Below, piece by piece: positions 1-10,186 of a stretch of DNA of 64,000 bases. The notes below the pieces were generated by a model, which did not search any database, had not been told where the DNA came from, and saw nothing but the letters and a program-made list of their open reading frames with translations. Each line of letters begins with the position of its first letter. Positions within the stretch are counted from its first letter, which is position 1. The translations under genes were made by a program, and so were the position numbers. Source of the stretch: Deltaproteobacteria bacterium (GTDB lineage: Bacteria > Myxococcota > Kuafuiibacteriia > Kuafuiibacteriales > Kuafuiibacteriaceae); contig JAVJQW010000018.1 of NCBI GenBank assembly GCA_040218735.1, positions 224,001-288,000 on the forward strand. Reading direction: 5' to 3'.

Positions 1-817
1 CGACGTCGACGAAGACGTGGTCGTCGATCACGTGCAGACCGGCGATCGCGCGGAGCGCCTCCGGCACGGACTCGTAGCCGCGCGTACGGATCTCCTGCTG
101 CGTGATCACCCAGACCACCGCCGGGGCGTCCTGCGGCTCGGCGGCCGCGCGCGTCGCCGCGGTGACGACCTCGCGCTCCTGGTACTCCTCGACGGGACGC
201 AGCTCGTCCGCCGGCTCGATCTTGACGGACGGCGGCGGCAGCGCCGGCGGGGGAGGGGGCGGCGGCGGATCCGGGCGCCGCGGAGCCCCGCGCAAGGCAC
301 CTTGCAAGCGTTGGCTGATGCCTCGGATCTCGTCGGCGCGTTCCTCGGAGAGCGGCTCCATCGCGTCGGCGAGGGATTCGAGGCGCTCGATGTCCTGTGT
401 CGCATCGACGTCGAGCGGACGGAGCTCACCCGGCGGCGGCACGTCGATCGGGGGCGGTGGCTCGACGGGTGTCAGGCGGGCTTCGAGCTGAGCGATCTGC
501 GCTTCGACCTGCTCCGCGTCGGGTGGAGGATCCGACTGGTCGAGGTAACGCTTGAACCACTTCACCGCGCCGGCCGGCCGGTCCGCGCTCAGGTACGCCT
601 GCGCGAGGTTGTACTGGACGTTGGGGTGCGGGAGCGTCCGATTCGCCTCTTCGAGGAGTCGGATGCCTTCGTCGAAGTCCTTCGCGCGGATGCGGCGCAT
701 GCCTTCGCGAAAAGCGCGCCGGGCTTTGGTGCGTGCGTCGGCCCAGGCGAGGTCGGGCGCGGTGAGTGACACCGCGGTCACCAAAGCGGCGACGATCGAG
801 AGCGAGCGCAAACGCAT
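1..817 (-). CDS. TonB-dependent receptor with N-terminal TPR domain (5' part; runs off window edge)
   Basis: Not in the ORF track; translated by hand from ATG 817. Signal peptide MRLRSLSIVAALVTAVSLTAPDLAWA, then TPR-like helices (PHPNVQYNLAQAY...AVKWFKRYL), a Pro-rich linker, and a plug-domain start VVTAATR...DAPAVVWVITQQEIRTRGYESVPEALRAIAGL. Confidence 0.85.
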   Translation of the reverse strand, partial: MRLRSLSIVAALVTAVSLTAPDLAWADARTKARRAFREGMRRIRAKDFDEGIRLLEEANRTLPHPNVQYNLAQAYLSADRPAGAVKWFKRYLDQSDPPPDAEQVEAQIAQLEARLTPVEPPPPIDVPPPGELRPLDVDATQDIERLESLADAMEPLSEERADEIRGISQRLQGALRGAPRRPDPPPPPPPPALPPPSVKIEPADELRPVEEYQEREVVTAATRAAAEPQDAPAVVWVITQQEIRTRGYESVPEALRAIAGLHVIDDHVFVDV

Positions 818-907
818 TCGGGCCGGCGGGATTGTCGCATCCTCGCGGCGCGGATCCACTTCTCGGCGCCTTTCGCTCGTGGCTTGAAATCCGACCAACG
901 CGTCGCG

Positions 908-2572
908 TTAGTACGGGTTGTCGCGGAACGTCGGTCCGGCGTCCGGCGTCGCGGCCTCGGCCTTGGTGGTCGTCTTCCGCGGGACGCGGCGGCGCGCCTT
1001 CTTCTTCTTCGCGGCGTGACGTTCCTCGTCGGGCTCCGGCTCCGGCCTGACCTCTGGCTCGGGCACGGGCTCGGGCTGGACGACCTTCACCGGGGGCTCC
1101 GGCTCGGCCTCGGGCGCCGCTTCGACCGGCGGCGGCATGACCAACTTGGGGGCCTTCGTCGGCGGCTCGGGCGCGGCCGCTTCGGGGCTTGGCGCCCGCC
1201 GCGCGGCGCGCTCGGCCGGGAGGGTGGTGACGACGTAGACGAGCGTGGACAGCGCGACCAAGAAGCCGAGCCCCGCGAGCACGACCGGCCACCGCGCCGG
1301 GCTCGAGGTCGGCGTTTGCACGCTTCCGGCGGAGCGCAGGCCGGTGGGCGTCGGCTCCTCCGGGACGTCGTTCGTCGAGAAGCTCGCCTCCTTCAGCGAG
1401 GTGGGCCGTGAGCTGGACACCAGACCGCTGACGCTCCCGCTCGGGCTCCCGAACGCGGCGAGCGATTCCTTCAGGTACGCGAGCAGCTCGTCCATCGACC
1501 CGTAGCGGTCGCCGCGCGACTTCTCCAGGCAGCGGCGCACGACCTCTTCGAGCTCGGGCGGGACCTCGACGTCCGGGTTCATCGAGGACATCGACGGCAC
1601 CGGGTGGTTGACGTGTTTGTAGATGACGTCGACGCCGGTCGCGCCGGTGAACGGCGCCTTGCCCGTGAGCATCTGGAACATGATGACGCCGAGCGAGTAG
1701 ATGTCGGTGCGCGGGTCGAGCGTCTGCCCGTGGATCTGCTCGGGCGACATGTACTTCGGCGAGCCGAGCAACGTGCCGGTGCGCGTGAGCTCCCCTTCGA
1801 GCGGCCCGAGCGCGCTCTGTTCGTCGTCGTCGTCGTTCTTGGTCTCCGGCGCGAAGAGCTTCACGAGCCCGAAGTCGAGGACCTTCGCGTACGGGAGCTC
1901 GCCGTCGTCGAGGATGAAGATGTTCCCGGGCTTCAGGTCGCGGTGGATGATCCCGGCGTCGTGCGCTTCCCGGAGCGCGCGGCAGATCTGCATCGCGAGG
2001 CGCGCCGTCGTCGCGGCATCGTACGGACCGTCGCGTGCGATCACGCGTGACAGCGAGCGGCCCTTGAGCAGCTCCATCGCGATGTACAGCTCGCCTTGCT
2101 CGCCCTCGCCGTAGTCGAACACCGTGATGGTGTGCGGGTGGGAGAGCTTGGCGGCGATCGCGGCTTCGAGGAAGAAGCGCTTCACGAACTGCGGGTCCGA
2201 GCGCTGGTACTCCTCGTTCAGGATCTTGATCGCGACGGACCGCTCCAACGGGTACTGCGTCGCGCGGTACACGCGCCCCATCCCGCCCTTCGCGATGAGT
2301 TTGTCGATGCGGTACTTGCCGGTGAGCAGCTTGCCGACGTGTTCGTCCTGCGCCGGCCGTCGCTTCGACGATCCCCCCTCCGGGCGTTTGCGCTCCACGG
2401 CGGTTTTCGCGCGGCGCCGGCCGCCGCCGGAACGACTCGAGCTCGACGGGTTCGTCCCGGACGGATCGGTCGGAGCGCGGTCCGAGCCTTCGGCCGGCGC
2501 GGACGGGTCCGTCGGGCGGCGATCGTCCGTCGGCGTCTCGGCGTCAGCCGGTGTACGAGGTTCCGAAGCCAT
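908..2572 (-). CDS. Membrane-anchored Hanks-type Ser/Thr protein kinase
   Basis: AKGGMGRVY, VAIK, HRDLKPGN, DFG, GSPKYMSPE, DIYSLG; one TM helix, Pro/Glu-rich tail ending FRDNPY. Confidence 0.95.
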   Translation of the reverse strand: MASEPRTPADAETPTDDRRPTDPSAPAEGSDRAPTDPSGTNPSSSSRSGGGRRRAKTAVERKRPEGGSSKRRPAQDEHVGKLLTGKYRIDKLIAKGGMGRVYRATQYPLERSVAIKILNEEYQRSDPQFVKRFFLEAAIAAKLSHPHTITVFDYGEGEQGELYIAMELLKGRSLSRVIARDGPYDAATTARLAMQICRALREAHDAGIIHRDLKPGNIFILDDGELPYAKVLDFGLVKLFAPETKNDDDDEQSALGPLEGELTRTGTLLGSPKYMSPEQIHGQTLDPRTDIYSLGVIMFQMLTGKAPFTGATGVDVIYKHVNHPVPSMSSMNPDVEVPPELEEVVRRCLEKSRGDRYGSMDELLAYLKESLAAFGSPSGSVSGLVSSSRPTSLKEASFSTNDVPEEPTPTGLRSAGSVQTPTSSPARWPVVLAGLGFLVALSTLVYVVTTLPAERAARRAPSPEAAAPEPPTKAPKLVMPPPVEAAPEAEPEPPVKVVQPEPVPEPEVRPEPEPDEERHAAKKKKARRRVPRKTTTKAEAATPDAGPTFRDNPY

Positions 2573-2643
2573 GCGTGCGCGGCCGCGCGCACGAGGGCGC
2601 GGCGCCCGTCAGCCTGTCATGGTTTGCGCGGAGGCGGCAACGA

Positions 2644-4950
2644 TCACCGGCCGCGTCGCTTGGGTCCGCGCTTCTTGTTCGGCTTGCTCGGCTTCGCCTT
2701 CGTCTTGGTCTTCGACTTCGTGCGCGGGGTCTTGGGCTTGCGGTTCGACCGCGGCGGACGACGCCCGCGCTTGGGTTTCTCGGCGACGGTGGGCTTGGAG
2801 GCCTCTTCGTCCTCGTCGCCGACCTCCGCGAGCCGCAGCTCGACCTGTCGCCGAGCGATGTTGACGGATCTCACCTCGAACACGAGCCGGTCGCCCAGCA
2901 CGAAGCTCTGCCCTCGGTTCTTACCGAGGAGCATGGAGCCGAACTCGTCGAGCTCGTAGTAGTCGTCCGGGAGCGAACGCACCGGGACGAGGCCCTCGAT
3001 GAATGGCTGGTCGAGTGCGGCAAATAGCCCAAAGCCGGCGACGCCGGTGATCGTGCCCTCGATGGGCTCCCCGACGTGACGCTGCGCGATGAGCGCGCGG
3101 TCGAGGTCCATCGACTGACGCTCGGCCTGCATCGCCTGGCGCTCGGTATCCGAGGTGTGCGTCGCGATCTCCTCGAGCCGCGCGTAGGAATACGGGACCG
3201 GCTCGCCTTGGAGCACGCGCTTGAGGACGCGGTGCACGACGAGATCCGGGTAGCGACGAATCGGCGACGTGAAGTGCAGATAGTGCTTGGCCGCCAACCC
3301 GTAGTGGCCCTCGGACTCGGGCGCGTAGCGCGCCTGCGCGAGCGCGCGCAGGAGCAGCGAGTGCAGCGCGCGCCCGAACGGGTGATCGCCGAACGAGTCC
3401 AGCAGCCGGGCGATCTCGCCGGGCTTCGGGCTCTTCGACAGCTTGGCGGTGATGCCCAGGTTGTCGCAGAGCGCCACGAAGTTCGCGAGCTTCTCCGGGT
3501 CCGGCGACTCGTGGATCCGGAACATCGACGGCAGGTCCTTCTCGACGAAGTACTGCGCGACCGCTTCGTTCGCGGCGAGCATCAGGTCCTCGATCAGGCG
3601 GTGTGCGTCGTTGCGATCCCGGCGTCGTGCGTCGACCGGGTTCCCCTTCTCGTCGAAGACGACGTACGCCTCCGGGAGGTCGAGGTCGATCGCGCCACGT
3701 CGCAGGCGTCGCTCGAGGAGCTTCTGCGCGATGCGCGCGAGGAGGAGCAGCGTCGGCAGGAGCTTTTCACACTCTTCGTCCGGCGCACCTTCGAGCGCGG
3801 CCGCGACGCGGGTGTACGTCAGCCGAGCCTTCGACCGCATCACCGCGGGCCCGAACTTCTTGTTCGTGACGCGCCCGGAGCGATCCAACGTCAGCTCCGC
3901 GAGCATGCAGAGGCGGTCGACGTTCGGCTTGAGCGAACACAGGCCGTTCGACAGCGCCTCGGGGAGCATCGGGATGGCGCGGTCCGTAAGGTACGTGCTC
4001 GTGCCCCGGCGGAACGCTTCGTCGTCGAGCGCGGTGCCCGGCCGGACGTAGTGCGAGACGTCGGCGATCGCGACGAAGAGTTTGTAGCCGTTCTCGTGGC
4101 GGACGGCGCACACGGCGTCGTCGAAGTCCTTGGCGGTCTCGCCGTCGATGGTGACGAGCGGGAGGTCGCGGACGTCGCGCCGGCCCTCGATGTCCTTCTT
4201 GGACGGGGTCTCGCCGAACTTCGCGGCGTCCTGTTCGACGGCGTCCGGGAAGCCGCCGTCGAGGTTGTGCTCGATCAGGAGCTTCTGCATCTCCGTCTCG
4301 CGTTCGCCGGGGTGGCCGAGGACCATGCGGATACGCCCGATCGGCGCGGTCCACGCGGCGCGAGACTCGGGGGTGTCGAGGGTGACCTCGACGAGCTGGC
4401 CGTCCTTGGCGCCGTTGGTGTGGTCGCCGTCGATGATCACGTCGTGGACGACGCGTTTCTTCTGCACGAGGGCGGCGTGGCGCGGGGGGAGGTCGAGCTC
4501 CACGAAGCACGCCTGGCCGACGCGCCGGAAGATGCCGATGTGGCGCTCCTGCTCGCGGGCGAGGATCTCCTCGATCTTGCCGTAGTGTTTGCCGCGCCGG
4601 CCGCGCACGACGATGACGACGCGCGCCCGGTCGCCCGGCTCGACGCGCTCGGCGTCCTCCGGGAGGATCTCGATGGGCTGGATCTTGCCCTTCGTCTTGC
4701 CGTCCGGGACCAGGTAGACGACGCCGCGGTAGTCGATGGACACCAGGCCCTCGACCTCGGTGTCGGCCCGCGAGAGGCGGTACTTCTTGCCGGGCTCGCG
4801 CTCTACGTCGCCCTTGCGGACCAGGGCTTTGAGGACGCGCTTGGCGTCTTTGTGCTGTTTATCGGGGATCTTCGCGCGTTGTAGTATCTCGCGCAGGGTG
4901 AACGCGCGGGAGGGAGCCGCACGGAGCACGCCGATCAGGTTCTCGTCCAT
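2644..4950 (-). CDS. rnr: Ribonuclease R
   Basis: TIDGETAKDFDDA, AIADVSHYV, HFTSPIRRYPDLVVHR, S1 domain and basic tail; start placed at ATG 4950 (MDENL). Confidence 0.95.
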   Translation of the reverse strand: MDENLIGVLRAAPSRAFTLREILQRAKIPDKQHKDAKRVLKALVRKGDVEREPGKKYRLSRADTEVEGLVSIDYRGVVYLVPDGKTKGKIQPIEILPEDAERVEPGDRARVVIVVRGRRGKHYGKIEEILAREQERHIGIFRRVGQACFVELDLPPRHAALVQKKRVVHDVIIDGDHTNGAKDGQLVEVTLDTPESRAAWTAPIGRIRMVLGHPGERETEMQKLLIEHNLDGGFPDAVEQDAAKFGETPSKKDIEGRRDVRDLPLVTIDGETAKDFDDAVCAVRHENGYKLFVAIADVSHYVRPGTALDDEAFRRGTSTYLTDRAIPMLPEALSNGLCSLKPNVDRLCMLAELTLDRSGRVTNKKFGPAVMRSKARLTYTRVAAALEGAPDEECEKLLPTLLLLARIAQKLLERRLRRGAIDLDLPEAYVVFDEKGNPVDARRRDRNDAHRLIEDLMLAANEAVAQYFVEKDLPSMFRIHESPDPEKLANFVALCDNLGITAKLSKSPKPGEIARLLDSFGDHPFGRALHSLLLRALAQARYAPESEGHYGLAAKHYLHFTSPIRRYPDLVVHRVLKRVLQGEPVPYSYARLEEIATHTSDTERQAMQAERQSMDLDRALIAQRHVGEPIEGTITGVAGFGLFAALDQPFIEGLVPVRSLPDDYYELDEFGSMLLGKNRGQSFVLGDRLVFEVRSVNIARRQVELRLAEVGDEDEEASKPTVAEKPKRGRRPPRSNRKPKTPRTKSKTKTKAKPSKPNKKRGPKRRGR

Positions 4951-5041
4951 TTTCGGCCCACGTAGCAGGGGTGGCCGGCGTTTGCAGCAACAACGGTGGT
5001 TGACGACCGTGACGCACCTCGTTATGGATCGTCTCGGCAAT

Positions 5042-5179
5042 GCGGCCTTCCTTCCCCGGATGTTGTTGTCTGTGTCTCTGCGGCTGCTGGGCCTGAGACC
5101 ACCACACCAGTCTCACGAGCCGGGCAGCCGCGTTCTTCGACGCCACACCCTCTGACAACTCGAAGAAAAGGATCGCCGC
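5042..5179. ncRNA. Candidate structured RNA (long interrupted stem-loop) in the rnr / ATP-grasp intergenic region
   Basis: Nested complementary blocks: 5094-5099/5110-5115, 5080-5087/5124-5131, 5065-5070/5154-5159, 5051-5054/5162-5165, 5042-5045/5176-5179. No family recognised. Confidence 0.4.
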
Positions 5180-5218
5180 GCACGATGGTTGTGCGCCGCG
5201 TCCGAAGGAAGACCGACC

Positions 5219-6199
5219 ATGGCTGCCAACTCCGCGACCCCCACGATTCACATCATCCACGAGAACGACGCGTGGACCGCACCGCTCGAAGCCGAGCTGG
5301 AGCGTCTGAACCTGCCGTTCACCGCGTGGTTCCTGGACCAGGGGCACTTCGACCTGTCGTCGCCTCCGCCGGAGGGGGTCTTCTACAACCGCATGAGCGC
5401 GTCGTCGCACACGCGCGATCACCGCTACGCGCACGAGTACACGTCAGCGGTCGTCGCGTGGTTGGAGCTGCACGGGCGCCGCGTCCTCAACGGCACGCGC
5501 GCGAATCAGCTCGAGGTCACGAAGGCCGGGCAGTACGCGGTGCTCGAGGCGCACGGCATCAAGACGCCGCGCACGATCCCGGCGCTCGGTCGTGACCACA
5601 TCCTGGAGGCGGCGCGTGCCTTCGAAGGCGCGCCGTTCATCACCAAACACAACCGCGCCGGGAAGGGCCTCGGCGTGCACCTGTTCCGCTCGGTCGAAGC
5701 GCTCGAGACGTACCTCGACGGCCCCGAGTTCGAGGCGCCGGTCGACGGAATCACGCTGATCCAGCAGTACATCGAAGCGCCCGAGCCGTTCATCACGCGC
5801 GTCGAGTTCGTGGGCCAGGAGTTCCTGTACGCGGTCCGCGTCGACACGTCGGACGGCTTCGAGCTGTGCCCGGCCGACGCGTGCTCGATCGAAGGCCTCA
5901 ACTGCCCGGCGACGCCGCAGGCGGAGGCGCCGCGCGCGAAGTTCGAGATCATCGAGGGCTTCGACAGCCCGCTGATCGAGAAGTACCGCGAGGTGATGCG
6001 CGCGAACGACTTCGCGATCGCGGCGTTCGAGCTCATCGTGGACCGCGACGGCGTCGCGTACACCTACGACATCAACCAGAACACCAACTACAACTCGGCG
6101 GCGGAGGCCGTCGCCGGCAAGTTCGGGATGCGCGCGATCGCCGAGTACCTCGGCGCCGAGCTGCGCAAGCGCTACGGCGCCGTGACCGCGGCGGCCTGA
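5219..6199 (+). CDS. RimK-like ATP-grasp ligase (alpha-L-glutamate ligase family)
   Basis: FITKHNRAGKGLGV, LIQQYI, YDINQNTNYN ATP-grasp motifs; start ATG 5219. Confidence 0.85.
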   Translation: MAANSATPTIHIIHENDAWTAPLEAELERLNLPFTAWFLDQGHFDLSSPPPEGVFYNRMSASSHTRDHRYAHEYTSAVVAWLELHGRRVLNGTRANQLEVTKAGQYAVLEAHGIKTPRTIPALGRDHILEAARAFEGAPFITKHNRAGKGLGVHLFRSVEALETYLDGPEFEAPVDGITLIQQYIEAPEPFITRVEFVGQEFLYAVRVDTSDGFELCPADACSIEGLNCPATPQAEAPRAKFEIIEGFDSPLIEKYREVMRANDFAIAAFELIVDRDGVAYTYDINQNTNYNSAAEAVAGKFGMRAIAEYLGAELRKRYGAVTAAA

Positions 6200-6205
6200 G
6201 TCGCC

Positions 6206-9097
6206 TCAGACCGCGGGGATCAACACGCCGAGGAGCACGTCGCTCGCCTTGCGTACGTCGGGGACCTCGTCCTTGGCGATGCGTTCGGCGAGGGCACGAA
6301 GCTCCTCGGTGGACTGGTCGAACTCGGGGCTGTCGGCGGCGTCGCCCAGGAGGTTCGCGAGCGTGAAACACGCCGTCTCGCGGACGACCGGGTCGCGGGA
6401 CTCGAGGTGGCGCGCGACGCCGTTGCGCACCGCGAGCATCCGCCGTTCGCCGACGAGGTGCAGCGTGCACGTGACGACCCAGGGGTGCGTGTCCTTCAGC
6501 AGGCGCGCGAGCCACGTGTTGGCGTCGGCGCGCTCGAGGTCGAACAACTCGTGGCCGGCCTTGAGCTTCTCTTCGAAGGTGTGGTCCTCGAGGAGCGGGA
6601 GGAGCACGCGTTTCTCTTCCTTCGACAGGAGGTTGTCCACGACCTCGATCGCGTTCGCGCGCACCACTTTGTTCTCGGCGTCGAGGTTCGTGTAGACGAG
6701 CTGGATCGTGCGCGACGGATAGCGAATCTCGAGGAGCCGGAACGCGAGCCCGAGTTTGCTCTGGTGGCGCACGAACAGCGCCTCGACCAGGAGGTGGTCC
6801 TCGGGGAGGCCGAGGTCGGCGATGACCGCGAGGGCCTGGTAGGCGTCGCGGATCTCCGTCTCGATCGCCTTGTCGAGGACCTCGTCCAACACCCGGACGC
6901 CCGGCGACCGTTCGCGGATCCGCGCCGAGGCGCGCGCGATGTTGGCGCGCAGCTCGGCGTCGTCGGTGTCGAGGTTCTCGAGGAGCTTCGTCACCGCGTC
7001 CTGCTCGCCGATGCGCCCGAGGATCTTCGGGACGAGGCGCCGGATGAGGATGTCTTCCCGTTTGTTGCGGAGCACCTTGAACAGCGTCTTCTCGATCTCG
7101 CGGCCGTAGCCGATCAGCGCGCGCACCGCCGCGGTGTTGCAGGTGCGGTCGGAGAGTTTGTAGACGAGCGACGGCACCAGCTCACGGCTCTGCATCTCCC
7201 CCGCGGCCTCCACCGCCGCGAGGCGAACGACCGGGTCCTCGTCCTGTAGCAGCTCGAGCACCGGCTGGAAGAAGTTGCGGACCTTGATCGCCCCGAGCAC
7301 CCGCGCGCCCTGCAAGCGCTCTTGCGGGTCGTCGCTGGAGAGGAAGTGTTTGAGGGTCTCGGCTGCGGTGAGGATGCCGTCGAGGCCGCCGTGGAGGATC
7401 AGCGCCGCGACGGCCGCCGCGCGGACCTCGCCGCTCGGGTCGTTGAGGAACGGGCTCGCGGCGCGGATCGCACGCTCGCGACCGATCGCGCAGAACGCGC
7501 CGATCGCCGCCGCGCGGACCTTGGGGTGCTCGTCGGCGAGCAGCGGGTGAATCGCGCTCGCGCCCTCCACCCGGCCGGACGTACCGATCTCCTTGACCGC
7601 CGCGATGCGAACCTCCTGCGAGGGGTGCTCGAGCAGCTCGGCGAGCTCCTCGTAGAAGTCGGCTTCGAGTGACGGCAGCAGCTCCAGCGCGTGCAGGACG
7701 TGTTGCTCGTCGTCGGAGAGGAGGCGTGTCTTCAGCGTCTTGAGCGTGGCGTCGTCGACGACGGGCGACCAGGTGTCGCCGAGGTCGAGGCGCCGCGCGT
7801 GCAGCGTCTCGATCAACGACTTCACGTACTCGCCGCGGATGCCGACGACGAGGAAGATCCAACCGCCCAGCAGCGCGATGTCCGCGAAGGCGAGGTTTTC
7901 GACGAGCTGCTCGGACGTGAACGCGCGCCCCAGCAGATAGATCACCAGACCGGAGACGCCGATGCTCGCCGGCTTCAGGATGCCGTCGATGAACGCCTTC
8001 GCGCGCCCGCGGTTGTGCGAGGGCACCGGGACGTAGAGGAGCTGCATCGTGGCGTCGTTCACCGTGTAGCGGAAGATGTTCTCCGCGCCCTTCGCGACGG
8101 TGACCGCGACGAGCATCGAGATCATCGGCACGAACAACATCGCGCCCGCGCCCGAGAGGATCGCGACGGGCAGGACCAGCAGCGAGATGACGATGCCCGA
8201 GCGCTCGAGCAGCCGTCCGGTCACGAAGAACTGCATCAGACTCGAGATGATCCCGGTGAAGCCGTAGAAGTACCCGAAGAACGACGCGAGCTCACCCTCG
8301 CCGGACAGCTGCATCTTCGCGACGACCTTGAACTGGTAGTCGACGACCGTGACCGTGAGGAACGTCAGCACGACGATGCCGGCGATCAGCTTGAGGTGTT
8401 TGCTGTGGAGGACGGTGCCGGACTCGCGCTGAATCCGGAGCGAGCGCTTGCGCGGCTTGCGCACCGCCGCCTCGAGGTCGCGCACGGAGCGCTTGCCGAT
8501 CGCACGCACGGCGAGGGTGCACAGGAAGAAGATCGACCCGGTGATCAGGAGGAGGTTCGAGCTCCCGATCACCGGCGCGATCGCGCCGATGCCGAACCCG
8601 CAGATGATGTTCGACAGGACGCCGCCCGCGCCGATGAAGCCGAACAGGCGCTTGCCCTGGCGTCCGCTGAAGATGTCGCTCGCGAACGTCCAGAACTGGA
8701 TGATGGAGATCGCGCCGAGGATCTCCACGAGCACGTAGAGGACCGCGTACATCCACGTGCCCCCGGAGCTCAGCGTGATGATGCTCCAGAAGCCGAACGA
8801 CGTCGCCGAGAAGATCATCAGCGTCGAGACGATCAACTTGTCGCGCCGGTACTTGTCGGCGACCCGGCTGTACACGTACGCCGCCATCGCCACCGCGACG
8901 GCCGTCGCCATGTACATCAGCGGCAGCTTGCCGAGGTCCACGCGGTGCAGGAACAGCGTGTCGCGAACGGTGCGCCCGATGATGAACGTCGACACGACGC
9001 CCATCAGGTAGAAGAACATCAAGAAGACTTGGCGCGCCTCGCCGGGCCGGATCCGGAAGGCCGAGTCGAGCAGCCCATCAACGTTGACGCGCGCCAT
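6206..9097 (-). CDS. Npt/TLC-family nucleotide translocase-like transporter fused to HEAT repeats
   Basis: About 12 TM N-terminal half with RDTLFL, QFWTFASDIFSGRQGKRLFG, DYQFK, RGRAKAFID; C-terminal HEAT repeats (VRAAAI, VRLAAV, VVRETA). Confidence 0.85.
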   Translation of the reverse strand: MARVNVDGLLDSAFRIRPGEARQVFLMFFYLMGVVSTFIIGRTVRDTLFLHRVDLGKLPLMYMATAVAVAMAAYVYSRVADKYRRDKLIVSTLMIFSATSFGFWSIITLSSGGTWMYAVLYVLVEILGAISIIQFWTFASDIFSGRQGKRLFGFIGAGGVLSNIICGFGIGAIAPVIGSSNLLLITGSIFFLCTLAVRAIGKRSVRDLEAAVRKPRKRSLRIQRESGTVLHSKHLKLIAGIVVLTFLTVTVVDYQFKVVAKMQLSGEGELASFFGYFYGFTGIISSLMQFFVTGRLLERSGIVISLLVLPVAILSGAGAMLFVPMISMLVAVTVAKGAENIFRYTVNDATMQLLYVPVPSHNRGRAKAFIDGILKPASIGVSGLVIYLLGRAFTSEQLVENLAFADIALLGGWIFLVVGIRGEYVKSLIETLHARRLDLGDTWSPVVDDATLKTLKTRLLSDDEQHVLHALELLPSLEADFYEELAELLEHPSQEVRIAAVKEIGTSGRVEGASAIHPLLADEHPKVRAAAIGAFCAIGRERAIRAASPFLNDPSGEVRAAAVAALILHGGLDGILTAAETLKHFLSSDDPQERLQGARVLGAIKVRNFFQPVLELLQDEDPVVRLAAVEAAGEMQSRELVPSLVYKLSDRTCNTAAVRALIGYGREIEKTLFKVLRNKREDILIRRLVPKILGRIGEQDAVTKLLENLDTDDAELRANIARASARIRERSPGVRVLDEVLDKAIETEIRDAYQALAVIADLGLPEDHLLVEALFVRHQSKLGLAFRLLEIRYPSRTIQLVYTNLDAENKVVRANAIEVVDNLLSKEEKRVLLPLLEDHTFEEKLKAGHELFDLERADANTWLARLLKDTHPWVVTCTLHLVGERRMLAVRNGVARHLESRDPVVRETACFTLANLLGDAADSPEFDQSTEELRALAERIAKDEVPDVRKASDVLLGVLIPAV

Positions 9098-9135
9098 CGG
9101 GGGACGGGGAGCTTACCCCGGGGTGGGGCCGGGGG

Positions 9136-9164
9136 CGAGCGCCGCGATGTGACCGCGGCGCTCG
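9136..9164. other. Perfect 11-bp stem-loop just after the mdh stop (RNA-stabilising hairpin or U-less terminator)
   Basis: CGAGCGCCGCG-ATGTGAC-CGCGGCGCTCG; no U-tract follows on the minus strand. Confidence 0.5.
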
Positions 9165-9172
9165 GGGGGAAG

Positions 9173-10186
<1,014 letters not shown>

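Noticed and set aside
3076-4884. 602-aa plus-strand ORF, and similar long antisense ORFs (7691-10183, 10184-11596, 15615-17660, 55299-57278)
   Set aside because: Antisense shadows of well-supported genes, expected with high GC3; no recognisable motifs.
5042-5179. Identification as SRP RNA or 6S RNA
   Set aside because: The minus strand has TCAGG and AGCAGCC but no GGAA tetraloop between them; length and gene context do not match typical 6S. Kept only as an unassigned candidate.
5219-6199. ATP-grasp enzyme as a RiPP (graspetide) maturase
   Set aside because: No credible precursor peptide ORF or associated transporter/peptidase next to it.
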